Shown here: positions 1-11,273 of the stretch, piece by piece
Layout: each line of letters opens with the position of its first letter
How positions within the stretch are numbered: position 1 is the stretch's first letter
Source: an uncultured Clostridium sp.
GTDB taxonomy: Bacteria > Bacillota > Clostridia > TANB77 > CAG-508
Length of the DNA: 40,139 nt
Assembly: GCA_946497585.1 (NCBI GenBank)
Contig: CAMMLF010000002.1
Span: 1 to 40,139, forward strand
Direction: 5' to 3'
The notes under the pieces: model-generated
The model's input: only the letters and a program-made list of their open reading frames with translations
Databases searched by the model: none
What the model was told of the DNA's origin: nothing
Program-made: the position numbers and the translations under genes

Positions 1-1481
1 CCTTCTCTTATGCTTTGTTTAACATTACCATTAATATCTAATTCCTTATTTGTCACTACAATTCCATTTACTGTTAAGTTATCTCCTTCAACTTCAGTAC
101 CTGGAACTTCTTCAATAACTTCTTGCGCACTATTACCACTTACACTTACTTTTGTATATCTTTCATAATTATCTGTATTATTATAAGAAATAACTTCTCC
201 TTCTCCTAAATCTTTTTGGTCATAATGCTCTTGAGAATGTTTCCCTTCAATTCTTATATTTTCTAATTTATTATCAGAAGCATCGTTAATCGTAATACTA
301 CTTCCTTCCGCACTTCCTTTTTCAGTTTCCACTTCTAGCGCGGTTTTTGTATTATTACTTTGTACTTTTGCTCTTATATAATACTTATCACCAACATTAT
401 TTTCTTCTGTGTACTGACTAATTCCATCATATTTTTCATTAGCAGTAACTGTTGCTTTTTGTTTACTAATAGTTGCTTTTCCATTGTTTTGATTATTCCA
501 ATTATCCAAATCTTCTAAAAAACTACTATTAATTTCATTATTATAAAGCTTATCTTGACTAGCGTCTCCACTAATAACCAAATCGTCAACAGGTCCTATT
601 AAACCATCGGTAATATTTATATCTTTTCCTTCAATACTATTAGTAATATTTTTTCCTGCAATTTCTAAAGCTGTATCTAAACTATCAGTATTAATTTCAG
701 CAAAAGCAAAATATTTATGGTCTATTAAAGCTTCTCTTTGTTCTTGCGCGATTCCTGAATATTGATATGGCGCGCTAATAGTAACTTCTCCATTTTTTGC
801 TTGAATTTGCGCTAAATTATTGGTTTTCCAAGCTTTTTCAACTGAACGAGAATTTACGTCAGCAAAATCAGTATCACTTAAAGTATTATTATATTTAGTC
901 TCTTGTTCTGATTTCCCTTCAATTTTTAAATTGTCAATATAATCATTGTCTGCATCAGTTAATACAAAATCATTTCCTTTAATTGTACTACTTGGATTTT
1001 CTGTTTCTAATCCTTCAAACGTTCCTTCTGTACTATAACCATCATTGTCAATACAAACAAAAGAAATTACCATTTCACCTTTATACACACCCTCAATAAT
1101 TGTTCTTTCTCCAACTTGTTTTTCACCTTCAATAAAAGGCAAATGAGAAAAGTCAATTTCGGCATTTAAAGCTGCCCAATAATATTTATAAGGCTCTTCT
1201 GAAAAAATTAATTTTTGTATCTTATTTGGTTGTAACCATTGTTTAATTTGATTTAATTGCGCGATTGTTACACTGTCAAAAGCTATGTTAATATTAAAAA
1301 TTTTCTCATTAACTTGAGTTTTCCACTTATACACTCCTTTCTTACCCATAATTGTGGCAATGTTAGGATTAACACTACCATAAACAGGAGGAGTATAGCG
1401 GTCACTAGAAGAGACCGCTAATAAATTAAATTCACTGGCCCAGTGGTCGCCGAATTTAAAATCAATATAATCGTTTTGCAT
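1..1481 (-). CDS. Tail protein, N-terminal part only (ORF runs off the left edge); distal-tail-protein-like start followed by repeated beta-rich modules
   Basis: ATG (rc) at 1481-1479 with GGAGGTAAAGG SD overlapping the TMP stop. Hand translation MQNDYIDFKFGDHWASEFNLLAVSSSDRYTPPVYGSVNPN... appeared open to position 1. It sits right after the TMP, where siphovirus Dit genes lie. Recurrent LxIEGK(S/H)xQE motifs. Confidence 0.6.
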   Translation of the reverse strand, partial: MQNDYIDFKFGDHWASEFNLLAVSSSDRYTPPVYGSVNPNIATIMGKKGVYKWKTQVNEKIFNINIAFDSVTIAQLNQIKQWLQPNKIQKLIFSEEPYKYYWAALNAEIDFSHLPFIEGEKQVGERTIIEGVYKGEMVISFVCIDNDGYSTEGTFEGLETENPSSTIKGNDFVLTDADNDYIDNLKIEGKSEQETKYNNTLSDTDFADVNSRSVEKAWKTNNLAQIQAKNGEVTISAPYQYSGIAQEQREALIDHKYFAFAEINTDSLDTALEIAGKNITNSIEGKDINITDGLIGPVDDLVISGDASQDKLYNNEINSSFLEDLDNWNNQNNGKATISKQKATVTANEKYDGISQYTEENNVGDKYYIRAKVQSNNTKTALEVETEKGSAEGSSITINDASDNKLENIRIEGKHSQEHYDQKDLGEGEVISYNNTDNYERYTKVSVSGNSAQEVIEEVPGTEVEGDNLTVNGIVVTNKELDINGNVKQSIRE

Positions 1482-1484
1482 CCT

Positions 1485-4400
1485 TTACCTCCTTCTTATT
1501 TTCATAGTATTTCCATTTGTTGCATCTTTATAAATTGATGATTTTACTTTGTTTATAATTTTATCAATAGAATCAACATCTGTTGCTTCTTGCACATTAA
1601 TATTTAAAGAATCAATTTGTATTGTTTCTTCTGGCGCTTTCTCTTGAGTTTGATTTGAACTTCTACTTGCTTTTGAAAGAGTATCTCTTAATCCTTCAAA
1701 TAACTCTGTCTGTCTAGCATTTAAGAAGGCCTCTGGTTTTGTTTTTGTACCATGTACCATTGCTGGTCCTGTAAAATCAACATAACCACCAGTTTTATAT
1801 CCTTGAAGTTGTGCCAAAGTAAGCCAACCTAAATCTCCATTTCCTAATCTACTACCGGTACTAATATGATATGGTTTTGGATTTCCAGGCGCTACATTAG
1901 TAATGTATACTTTTTTACCTCTATATTGATATCCTAAAGGTCTAGTACCGTAAGAATCATTATAATAAGACCCAGAAACAAAAGTTACTCTATCTCCTTT
2001 TCTAGCAACTCCATCTCCGCCTCCATAACTACCAGAACCACCAGAGCCTCCTGAACCTCCAGAGCCTCCACCAGAACTTGAACTTCCACTAGAACCTCCG
2101 CCACCAGAAACTATTCCGGTTCCAGAACCGATTCTTGCCGCATTATAAATAGCATTATAAATATTTCTTAACCAATTCCATAAATCTTGTCTACTATCTC
2201 TTATATCTGCAATTGCATTATTTATATTTCCAAGATTTCCATTTAAAACTCCACTTATAGTATTTACTCCAGCTTGTAAATTACCATCAATACTTCCTAA
2301 ATCTCTATCAACGTTAATTTTTAAATCTCCAATAGAACCTGTAATAGCGCCATCTTCTATTTTGATTCGTTGAGTATGGAAATCAACTAAAAGAGATTCT
2401 ATATGACCAATTTGACCTTGAGTATCATCTGTTTGAGTATTCCAATCTACTCCAAAATCGGCAAAAGCAGTTTGAGCAGTATCTACATAACCTTGTAAGG
2501 TTATTGCTTTTTGAATCTCATTTGCATTTTGTTCTTCATTCCAAGTACCTAAAAATCCTAAAGTTTCTTCTTTTCCAGCTTCAAAAATAGCTTGAGCTTC
2601 TTGCCAATAGATTCCATTTTCGTCTTTAAAAGTAATTAAATTTTCCATTTGTTGAATTTGTAATTGTCTATCAGCTTCTCTTTCTTGTTGTTCTCTTTGA
2701 ATTCTTTCTAATTCTCTATCTATCTCTGCATCTGCTTGTGCTTGCAACTGTTCATTTAACTGTTTTTGTAAATCAATTAATTCTTGATTATATTGTGAAG
2801 TATTATCTTTTTGCATTACAGCTATTTGTGCTCTCATTTGGTCAATTTGTAAAGCACTTTGTTGTTGAGCTCTAGCATTTCTAGCATCATTAATTTTTTG
2901 TTGCAAAGAATTGTAATATTCAGTATCAATTCTAGACATTTCATCATATTTCTTTTGTAATTCTTCAACTTCTTGTCTATCTCTTTCTATTAAAATATCA
3001 TGAATTTCAGTTTGTAATTCAACAACAGCGTCTCTTTGTTGTTCTAAAAAGTCTTTCATTTTTGATAAATAATCATATTCTGTATCTTCCAATTCATGAA
3101 CAGAATCTTGTAAACTATTGTAAATTGCAATAAGTTCTGCTAATTCAGCTTTTTCATCTTCTCTTAAAGTGTTTGATTCAGCTATTGCAGTTTCATTTAT
3201 ATAAGCTCCATATTCATTCATTGTAACATATTCGCCATATTTTTCTGTAATTTCACTAAGAGCATCGTTTTGTTGCTTTCTTAAATCTTCTAATGCAGCT
3301 TTTGCTAAAAGTGCGCCAGAAGCTGCGGCTTTAAACTGTTGTTCTAAGTCTCCTGAAGTACTTCCAAATAATTCATTTTCAGTGTTAATCATGTCATAAG
3401 TTCTAGATACTAAATCAAAAATAGAAGTAATTTCTCCAGTCCAAGCATCCAATAATTCATTGATTTTACTCAATCTATCATCTACAATAGATTTTAAAGT
3501 TTCTTCTGCGCTCATTAAGTTATCTTTGGCATCACGCCATTTCTCAGCTACTTCTTCACTTTCTTTTGCAGTTTTAGTAACCCAAGTAGTAACTTCGGCC
3601 CAATTAGCGCCCATACTTTCCCATTCTTGTTTTACTAAATCATCGTAAAAAGCATCTGTTATTCTATATTGATTTAAATCTTGGTCCCATTGTAAGAATT
3701 GTCCTAAATTAGAACCTTGTACTTGTTCATTAATTAATCTCATATCGGCTTCTAAGTCAGCAACCGTTTTATCAGCATTAGACCATAAATCAATAGTAGT
3801 TAAAAGTTTATCATTTAATAAATCTAAAGTTTCTAAATCTCCATAAGCCATTGTAATTTTATGTTCACTAACTGATTGCATAAATTCAAGATTTTCTCTT
3901 ACATCCTCTAATCTCTGTAAAAGTTTATCATACATAGAGGTAATATTTTGAATTTGTGTACTTTCAATTTCATATAACTTAGTTTCATTTTCTTGCATTG
4001 ACTCATATTGAGATTCATATTCTTCCATTAATCTTTGGAATTCTTTAATTCTTTCTTCTTGAGACTCAGAAGAAATATAAACTTCACTTACTTTTAATTG
4101 TAACAAACCTTCGTCTGTAAAATAAGCTAAATCTCCATAAGCAGAAGAAATTTGATTACGTAAATCCGCCAAATATCCTTTTTGTGCTCTAATATAATCA
4201 TTATAAATTGCGGCTTGTTGAGAAAGTAATTCATTTTCTTTTTTCAAGTCTTCAATATAATAATTTTTATTAGCATCAATAATATTACGTTTTTCTCTTA
4301 AACGATTTATTTTAGCTTCTATATTTTGAATTTGTTTCATATAATTATAGAATTTTTCAAAATATTCCATATATGCTTCAAATTCATCTTTCTTGCTCTT

Positions 4401-7400
4401 ATCTTTTGAACCTCCCATATTAGAAATATTTTCTAATATAGTACCACTATCATACATATTTTGTAAAGCATTATTTGTAGCACGAATTTGGTCAATTTGT
4501 TTTTGTATTTGGTCAATATATTCTTGACCTGAAATCGAACCTTCTGTTTTTATGTCACTTCCAAAATTTTCTACATTACTATTGCTTGTTCCGCCACCTG
4601 TTAAATCTATCCAAGTATCATCTGCACTGTCATCTCTTTCGTGGTTTAATACAACAGTTAATACTCCATCTTTATTCACTGCACTACCAGTAGCATTTAA
4701 TTCTTTTTGATAAGTTTCTTCGTCAATATACATCATATCGTCTACATTTCTTGCTTTTCCATTTACGCCGTCTGCAATACTTTGTATATATCTTTCAACT
4801 TTTCCAAGTATATTATTCGCTTTTGTTTTAAAGGTCGAAATTCCACCTAACATATTAGTTAAGAAACCACCAAAAGCAGGTAAGACATTTTGTTTTAAAG
4901 TATTTACCCAGCTATCCCAAACATTGGCTGTATTTTGAAGTTCTGTATGTGTATTATTTTTAAGTTCTTCTTGGTCTTTTTCCAACTCTTCATTCATTTT
5001 TACTTTTTGTTCCATTGTTTGGCGTTCGTCTTCTGTATAATACTTATTAGCGTCAATCATTGATTTCAAATTTTCAAGTTGTGCAATTTTAGTTTCACCA
5101 TCAGCGATTGCAGCTTTAATTTTCGCTTTTGCTAAATTTTCTAACGCATCTTTATTTAAAGCTAACTCTCCACGTTCATTAACATAAACCGCAGTTAACA
5201 TATCGCTATTATTAGCAATCATTTCAATTATGTCAAGCTGAGAAAGTTCTCCTTCTTTAATTTCATCATAAGCACTAGCTAAATCTTTTAAACTTGATAT
5301 CTGTTGATTAACACCAGAGTTATAATCGTTGTAAAATGATTGTGAAGCAAGTAATTGTTGTTTTCTAGTTTGTTCAGCTAATTGGTCATTCAATCTTTTT
5401 GCATTTTCAATTTGTTGAGAAGACAAATCTAATTGTTTTTGTATTTCATCTTTTTGTTTTTGCAATTCATCTATTTTAGACTGTTCTGTTACTGTTAAAT
5501 CTCTATTATTTGCTTGCGCATTAAATTGTATTGCATTTATTTGATTATTTAAATCTTGTATTTGTTCAATGGCTTGTTGACCTTGCTCCATTGCTCCAAG
5601 TTTTAAATTATCAATTTGAGTTTTTAAAGCTTCATTAGCTTCTCCCATTTTATCAATAATTGTACTTGTATTAACTAAAAATTGGTCTCCAACTACAGTT
5701 CCTTCTCCTAAATCAAAACCATCATCTAATGCTGACGTTAAACTATAATCACCAGCAAATAAATCTTGAAAAGATTGACCATTCATTGAACTTACATCAG
5801 TTAAAGCTGTTTTTATTGCCTCAGTAACATCTTCCATAATAGTTCCAGGGTCTGGAATTATTTTTTCTATAAACAACTGTTTTTCTTCATCAGTCATTCC
5901 AATTTTGTCTGCAAAAGACATCAAAGAATTATTCCATTTTTCTTTAAAAGCTTTTACATCTACTGCGTTATTAATGTCTAATTTATTTAATTCTTCTTCA
6001 AAAATTGGCCCAATTTCTTCGTCACTAGTAATTCCACTAAATGCTTGAATCATTTTTTGAGCAAAACTATCTCTTTGAGCAGTATCACCATTAAATAAAT
6101 CATCATTATTCATTATTTCATTAATAGAGTCAAAAATTTTTCCTCTTAATTCGGAATTTTGATTTAAGAAAATATTATTTAATTGGTCATAAAGTTGTTG
6201 ATAATTACTATCTCCTTCTTTAACATTCAATGCTCCCAAAGCTTGTTTTATACTATCACTTAAATCTTTTTGTGCAATTTCAATTTGAGAAGTATAAAAT
6301 TGATTTAATAACTGTTTATCTTCATCTGTTGTTGCTGATTGTTTTAATAAATCAAATAATTTATCTCTTTTTTCGCTTAACTCTGTAAAACCTAAACCTT
6401 CTGATTGCGCTTGAAGATATTCATCATAAGCTTCTTGTATTTTTTTAGAATTATTACCTGTCGCAGCTCTAGAAATAATATCAACAAAGTCGTCTGACAT
6501 TTTTGTTTGATTATCTTCTAACCATTTTCTAAATCCATCTTCATCTGCTCCAAATTCTTGTTGCTTTGTATCGAATAAATTTTTAGTAAAAGATGAAGTA
6601 ATAGAATCTACTAAAGTAGTCTGTTCACTGCTTAAATTTTTATTTAAAACATTAATTGTTCTGTTACTTTCTACTGTAGTTTCATATAATTGTTGGACTC
6701 CTTCTACTCCAGCCTCTCTAAATTCACGATAATATTTTATAACTTCTTGTAATTTTTTCTTTGTTTCTTCTGAATATTTACCAGCTTCAATTGCTTTTTC
6801 AGCTTCATCTAAATCAACATTATTAGTTAAAATGTTTTGAGCCATATCCCAAGGATTTAAACCATTTTCATAAGTTCTTTTTAAATAAGCTTTATTATTT
6901 CCTAAAGTAGTTATTTCTCCACTCTTTTTTGTAAAATTATCAAAAAAACCTATCTGTTTATAAGCATTTTGAGCTTTTGTCATTGCTTCAGATTGTTCTG
7001 CTGTGTAAGCATCTTCGGTATTTTTATTACCTCCAAAACCTGATTTTACTACTTGTTTGTTTAAAGTGTCTCCTAGTTGTAAATCAGTTTCTGCGGATTT
7101 TCTTTTTTCTTCAGCAGCTTCAATCTTCTTCTGTTTTAAATATTCTTTAATTGCTTCTGTATTTTTTAAATAATAATTTCCTTCAGAATCTAAACCAGCT
7201 AATAATTCGGGATATTGGTCTATTAAATCTTGAGTTACCGTTTTTAATTCTTCTTTTTCATCAGAAGTTAATTCCATTTTTTCTGTTAAATTGGTGTATT
7301 TATTAACTAAAGTTTCTAATGAATTTGCTTCGTCACTTGCTTTTTGTGCGGCTTCAGAAGCTGCAGCGGCTTGCTCTCTTAAACCAGCATTCATATCAGA

Positions 7401-10400
7401 TAACCAAGATATTAATTTTACTATTCCTGAGACAGCTAAACTAATACCTAGAGTCATACCAGCTTGTGCAACATTATAAGCTATTGTAGAAGCAGTTAAA
7501 GCTTTTAAACCAATATTTTGCTTTTGTTGCGCTATATATGTTTGAGTAGCTTGAGCTATTGTTATACCTTCTTGTTTAGCTAATTTTGTAATAGCATCAA
7601 CTTGTTTTTGAGTAACTCCAGCTAAAATTTCTGTTTGTTTTCCATTTTCTTGTATTAAAGGAACTCCTTGTGCAATTTGATTATTATATACTTGAATTAA
7701 ACTATTTAATTCTTTTAATGCTTTTCCTTGAGTAAAAAAAGTTTGGCTTAGTTTGCCTGTGACTTTTCCATCAACACCACCAAATATAGTGCTAGTACCT
7801 AATCCTCTGATATTTCCTTCTGTATCTGAGCCTATATTATTAGCAATATTATTGGTAATAGAGTTTAATGCATTTTCTTTATTTATTTTTGCTCTATTTG
7901 TAGCCAATTTTGCAAAAAACGCAGCAACCGCAGTCCCTGCAACAGTTAAAGCTGGTCCCAATCTATTTATTAAACTTAATAAATCTGAAATTAAGTCATA
8001 AGCACCTTTTATCGCATTATTGCCACTAGTAAGTGATGCATAAAATGACTCTGCTTCAGCTTTAACATTATTTAAACTAGATTCAATACCAGTCGCATAA
8101 TTTCTAAATTGTTGTGAAGAACGTCCGGCAGAATCTTGTGAACTAGCAACTAATTCCATTGTTCTATCATAATCATTCATTAAAGCTAAGAAACGAGATT
8201 GTTGTCTATTACCAGCGATAACAGTAGCCAAATAAGCTTGTGAGTTTCTTGATAAATCATTCCATTTTCCACCTAATTCATCAATAATATCATCCAAGTC
8301 TCTCATTTGATTTGTTGTATCAAATAATTCAATACCAACTGTTCTTAAAGCTGTTTGTACTTTATTTACGTCAACACCATCTTCTAGTGCGGTTGTAGGG
8401 TCTTCTTTTAATTCAGCCATACGAGCAACGATTGTTTTCATCGCAGAACCAATATTTGTTGGTGCCTCACGAGTTACTTCAACCATTTTACCTAGATATC
8501 CAAGTAAGTGGTCTAAATCTACACCAGCGGTTGCAGCAGATGATGCTACTTTTTCAATAGCGCTTGATAGTTCACCAAAATCCGCAGCAGAATCAGCACC
8601 TACGGCAGAAATTTTATCTGTAACTTCCATTGCTTGAGTTGCAGCCATGCTATAACCATTCATAATAGCAGTTAAAGTATTAGCAGCATCAGCCATTGAA
8701 ACTTCACCTAAAGCTGCGGCTACAGCAGTTGCTTCTACCATTTGATTAACTTCTGCAGTATTTAAACCTTGTTGATAGTATAATTTAGTAGCTTCTAACA
8801 AATCTGTTGTTGTCATGTGTAAACGTTTAGCTTGTGCATTATAAGTTTCAAAGCTTGACCAAGCCTCTTGCGCAGTTTTGTTAGTAACGATACCAATTTG
8901 TGTCATTGAATCGTCCATTGCTTTTACAGTAGACAATCCTTGTTTTATAGTTGAAAACAACCTTTCTACTATATAATTCAATGAAATATAAGTTGTTAAT
9001 GTACGTCCAATTTCTCCAAAAGTATCATTAAAAGTTTTTGAAGCTATAGAACTATTTTTTAATTCTAAATTTTGTTTTTGCAAACTTTGCGCGAACATAT
9101 CAGTTCTATTTTTTGCTTGTATTTTTAATTCGTTTAACTTTTCTAAACTTTCAGAAGTTTCTTGTGTTATTTTACTTTCTTCATTTTGCTCTAATAAGCC
9201 ATTAGAATTATTAATTCTATTATCTTCTTGTTTTAATTGTTTTAATTGCGCTTCGCTTGTCTTTTTAATGGCTTCTTCAACATTCAATTGACTTTTTGCT
9301 TTTTTGTCCAAAATTGGTTGCAATTCTGCCTCTAAAGTTTTTGAATGCTCTAAAATATCATTATAGGCTTGTAATTCTGCTTTTAAACCTTCTAAACTTT
9401 CATCACTTCCGCCCTGAATTTTTTCTAAACTATTAATTTTTAAATTAGCATCTTTTATTGCCTGCGCATTTTCCGGAGTAGCTTTTCTTTCGTATAATTT
9501 GTCTCTATTTGCTTTTTCTTGTTTTATTGTGTCTGCCGTACTTTTTATAAAATCTTCTTGTGCTTTAATTTGTTCTTTTAATGCTTGAGTACTTTCTCCA
9601 TAAACTTGATAATTGCTCTGTATTCTTTCATTAATCTTTTCTAGAACAGCTTCTGTTTCAAGTAAATCTATTCCAGAAAATTTTGAAAAATCTATATTTC
9701 CTTTTTCATCTAAGTTAGAATAAGCTCTTTGTAAGTATCCCTCTAATTCTTCTTGATACATACGAAGAACTCCATCTCCGTTGCCTTCGTATAAACTTTT
9801 AAAACCTGAGTCTGGATAAACCATTCCTGTTAAGTCTTGTTTTCCAGCTTCTATTATTGTTGATAAATCTTTATTATATTGTGACTCTTGTTTAGGTCCA
9901 TAACCACTTGTATTACTAATAATACTATCTGTATCTGAGTCAATATTTCTTAAAGAACCTTCGGCATTTTTCAAGAAATCACGTTCTTGTCCTTCAACTC
10001 CCAATAATGCTCTTTGGGTATTTGTTAAATTAGTAAATAAATTACCTAATTCTTGTAATTTACTATCCAAACTATTAATTGAAGCAGTAGTATTATTTAC
10101 CGCTTGAAGCATTACATTATCAGAAGTATCTTCAGAAGACAATGTGTTTACTGTAGCTTGTGTACTAATGATATCATTAACCAATCCGCCTACAGTTTTT
10201 GCATTAGTAGCATTACTTACACTAATTTTTGCATTTGAAGTTCTATCAATTATATTTGCATAATCTCTTGCGGCATCACGCATTTGAACTAATTGATTGT
10301 ATTGTTCATTTATGCTTTGTTTTAAATTATTATCTTTATTTACATTAGTTCTAGCAGTTACTTCCGTAAGTTCCTGCATCTTTTTTATAACCTTATCTAT

Positions 10401-11258
10401 ATCAGAAGCAGTAGAACTATCAATTCCTAATTGTTCAGAAAGTTTTTTATAACCTCTAGTTTTACTAGCTTGATTTTTATATTGTTCAATTCTTTTTAAT
10501 TGATTTTCAAATTTTTTATACTCTTCAGCTAATCTTTTAATTTCTGCTTGTTCAGCCTCTAACAATTTTGAATTAGTAAAATCAGCTTTATTAGTTCTAG
10601 TAGTTGCTAATTTTTGTAATTCTTCATAACTAGAATATCCTTTACTTTGTGCGGCTTGATTTTGATAAGCAGTAATTTCACTTTGTAACTGTTTTAAACT
10701 TCTTAATTTTGTTTCTTGTTCTTGAAGTTTTTGATTTTGAATATCTAATAATCTATTGTATTCATTAGAAACACCGTTAGCTTGTAATTCTTGTTTTGCT
10801 TTATTTAATTGTTCGATATTATTTTTTAAAATATCAATATTTTTTATTTCTTTGTCAAAATCTGAACCTGTAAGATTTTTGAAATTTTGTTTAATTTCTA
10901 AAGTCTGTTTATTGATATCTTCCATTAATGTTTTATATTGAGTAGTACTTTTTACTAAACTATCCATATTGATAGTTTTCATTGTAATACCAATTTGTTT
11001 AACATTATTTTCTAATTCTTCTGTTATAGCATTAATTTTTTGAATATCTTTATCATTAAAAACAGATTTTTTACTAATGTTTTCAAAAACCTTTTGTAGT
11101 TTAGTCATTCGTTCTAAAGTTTTATTTAAACTTGTCTCTACACTTTTATCTAAGCTAATATTATCCATTACTTGGCTTAATTCTTTTTTAATTCTATCAA
11201 TGTTAGTAATATTAGCTTGTGCATTTAAACGAATATTTAAACTATCGTTTCTCGCCAT
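1485..11258 (-). CDS. Tail tape measure protein, 3257 aa
   Basis: Single 9.8-kb ORF with long coiled-coil-like stretches. TMP-core-like segment MTQIGIVTNK...GADSAADFGELSSAIEKV...TIVARMAELKED (about nt 8400-8910). Hydrophobic segments at about nt 7400-7500 and 7900-7970. Gly/Ser linker at about nt 2011-2112, then an SH3-like domain and the typical TMP C-terminal motif GPAMVHGTKTKPEAFLNARQT. Confidence 0.9.
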   Translation of the reverse strand: MARNDSLNIRLNAQANITNIDRIKKELSQVMDNISLDKSVETSLNKTLERMTKLQKVFENISKKSVFNDKDIQKINAITEELENNVKQIGITMKTINMDSLVKSTTQYKTLMEDINKQTLEIKQNFKNLTGSDFDKEIKNIDILKNNIEQLNKAKQELQANGVSNEYNRLLDIQNQKLQEQETKLRSLKQLQSEITAYQNQAAQSKGYSSYEELQKLATTRTNKADFTNSKLLEAEQAEIKRLAEEYKKFENQLKRIEQYKNQASKTRGYKKLSEQLGIDSSTASDIDKVIKKMQELTEVTARTNVNKDNNLKQSINEQYNQLVQMRDAARDYANIIDRTSNAKISVSNATNAKTVGGLVNDIISTQATVNTLSSEDTSDNVMLQAVNNTTASINSLDSKLQELGNLFTNLTNTQRALLGVEGQERDFLKNAEGSLRNIDSDTDSIISNTSGYGPKQESQYNKDLSTIIEAGKQDLTGMVYPDSGFKSLYEGNGDGVLRMYQEELEGYLQRAYSNLDEKGNIDFSKFSGIDLLETEAVLEKINERIQSNYQVYGESTQALKEQIKAQEDFIKSTADTIKQEKANRDKLYERKATPENAQAIKDANLKINSLEKIQGGSDESLEGLKAELQAYNDILEHSKTLEAELQPILDKKAKSQLNVEEAIKKTSEAQLKQLKQEDNRINNSNGLLEQNEESKITQETSESLEKLNELKIQAKNRTDMFAQSLQKQNLELKNSSIASKTFNDTFGEIGRTLTTYISLNYIVERLFSTIKQGLSTVKAMDDSMTQIGIVTNKTAQEAWSSFETYNAQAKRLHMTTTDLLEATKLYYQQGLNTAEVNQMVEATAVAAALGEVSMADAANTLTAIMNGYSMAATQAMEVTDKISAVGADSAADFGELSSAIEKVASSAATAGVDLDHLLGYLGKMVEVTREAPTNIGSAMKTIVARMAELKEDPTTALEDGVDVNKVQTALRTVGIELFDTTNQMRDLDDIIDELGGKWNDLSRNSQAYLATVIAGNRQQSRFLALMNDYDRTMELVASSQDSAGRSSQQFRNYATGIESSLNNVKAEAESFYASLTSGNNAIKGAYDLISDLLSLINRLGPALTVAGTAVAAFFAKLATNRAKINKENALNSITNNIANNIGSDTEGNIRGLGTSTIFGGVDGKVTGKLSQTFFTQGKALKELNSLIQVYNNQIAQGVPLIQENGKQTEILAGVTQKQVDAITKLAKQEGITIAQATQTYIAQQKQNIGLKALTASTIAYNVAQAGMTLGISLAVSGIVKLISWLSDMNAGLREQAAAASEAAQKASDEANSLETLVNKYTNLTEKMELTSDEKEELKTVTQDLIDQYPELLAGLDSEGNYYLKNTEAIKEYLKQKKIEAAEEKRKSAETDLQLGDTLNKQVVKSGFGGNKNTEDAYTAEQSEAMTKAQNAYKQIGFFDNFTKKSGEITTLGNNKAYLKRTYENGLNPWDMAQNILTNNVDLDEAEKAIEAGKYSEETKKKLQEVIKYYREFREAGVEGVQQLYETTVESNRTINVLNKNLSSEQTTLVDSITSSFTKNLFDTKQQEFGADEDGFRKWLEDNQTKMSDDFVDIISRAATGNNSKKIQEAYDEYLQAQSEGLGFTELSEKRDKLFDLLKQSATTDEDKQLLNQFYTSQIEIAQKDLSDSIKQALGALNVKEGDSNYQQLYDQLNNIFLNQNSELRGKIFDSINEIMNNDDLFNGDTAQRDSFAQKMIQAFSGITSDEEIGPIFEEELNKLDINNAVDVKAFKEKWNNSLMSFADKIGMTDEEKQLFIEKIIPDPGTIMEDVTEAIKTALTDVSSMNGQSFQDLFAGDYSLTSALDDGFDLGEGTVVGDQFLVNTSTIIDKMGEANEALKTQIDNLKLGAMEQGQQAIEQIQDLNNQINAIQFNAQANNRDLTVTEQSKIDELQKQKDEIQKQLDLSSQQIENAKRLNDQLAEQTRKQQLLASQSFYNDYNSGVNQQISSLKDLASAYDEIKEGELSQLDIIEMIANNSDMLTAVYVNERGELALNKDALENLAKAKIKAAIADGETKIAQLENLKSMIDANKYYTEDERQTMEQKVKMNEELEKDQEELKNNTHTELQNTANVWDSWVNTLKQNVLPAFGGFLTNMLGGISTFKTKANNILGKVERYIQSIADGVNGKARNVDDMMYIDEETYQKELNATGSAVNKDGVLTVVLNHERDDSADDTWIDLTGGGTSNSNVENFGSDIKTEGSISGQEYIDQIQKQIDQIRATNNALQNMYDSGTILENISNMGGSKDKSKKDEFEAYMEYFEKFYNYMKQIQNIEAKINRLREKRNIIDANKNYYIEDLKKENELLSQQAAIYNDYIRAQKGYLADLRNQISSAYGDLAYFTDEGLLQLKVSEVYISSESQEERIKEFQRLMEEYESQYESMQENETKLYEIESTQIQNITSMYDKLLQRLEDVRENLEFMQSVSEHKITMAYGDLETLDLLNDKLLTTIDLWSNADKTVADLEADMRLINEQVQGSNLGQFLQWDQDLNQYRITDAFYDDLVKQEWESMGANWAEVTTWVTKTAKESEEVAEKWRDAKDNLMSAEETLKSIVDDRLSKINELLDAWTGEITSIFDLVSRTYDMINTENELFGSTSGDLEQQFKAAASGALLAKAALEDLRKQQNDALSEITEKYGEYVTMNEYGAYINETAIAESNTLREDEKAELAELIAIYNSLQDSVHELEDTEYDYLSKMKDFLEQQRDAVVELQTEIHDILIERDRQEVEELQKKYDEMSRIDTEYYNSLQQKINDARNARAQQQSALQIDQMRAQIAVMQKDNTSQYNQELIDLQKQLNEQLQAQADAEIDRELERIQREQQEREADRQLQIQQMENLITFKDENGIYWQEAQAIFEAGKEETLGFLGTWNEEQNANEIQKAITLQGYVDTAQTAFADFGVDWNTQTDDTQGQIGHIESLLVDFHTQRIKIEDGAITGSIGDLKINVDRDLGSIDGNLQAGVNTISGVLNGNLGNINNAIADIRDSRQDLWNWLRNIYNAIYNAARIGSGTGIVSGGGGSSGSSSSGGGSGGSGGSGGSGSYGGGDGVARKGDRVTFVSGSYYNDSYGTRPLGYQYRGKKVYITNVAPGNPKPYHISTGSRLGNGDLGWLTLAQLQGYKTGGYVDFTGPAMVHGTKTKPEAFLNARQTELFEGLRDTLSKASRSSNQTQEKAPEETIQIDSLNINVQEATDVDSIDKIINKVKSSIYKDATNGNTMKIRRR

Positions 11259-11273
11259 TCACTCTCACCTACC

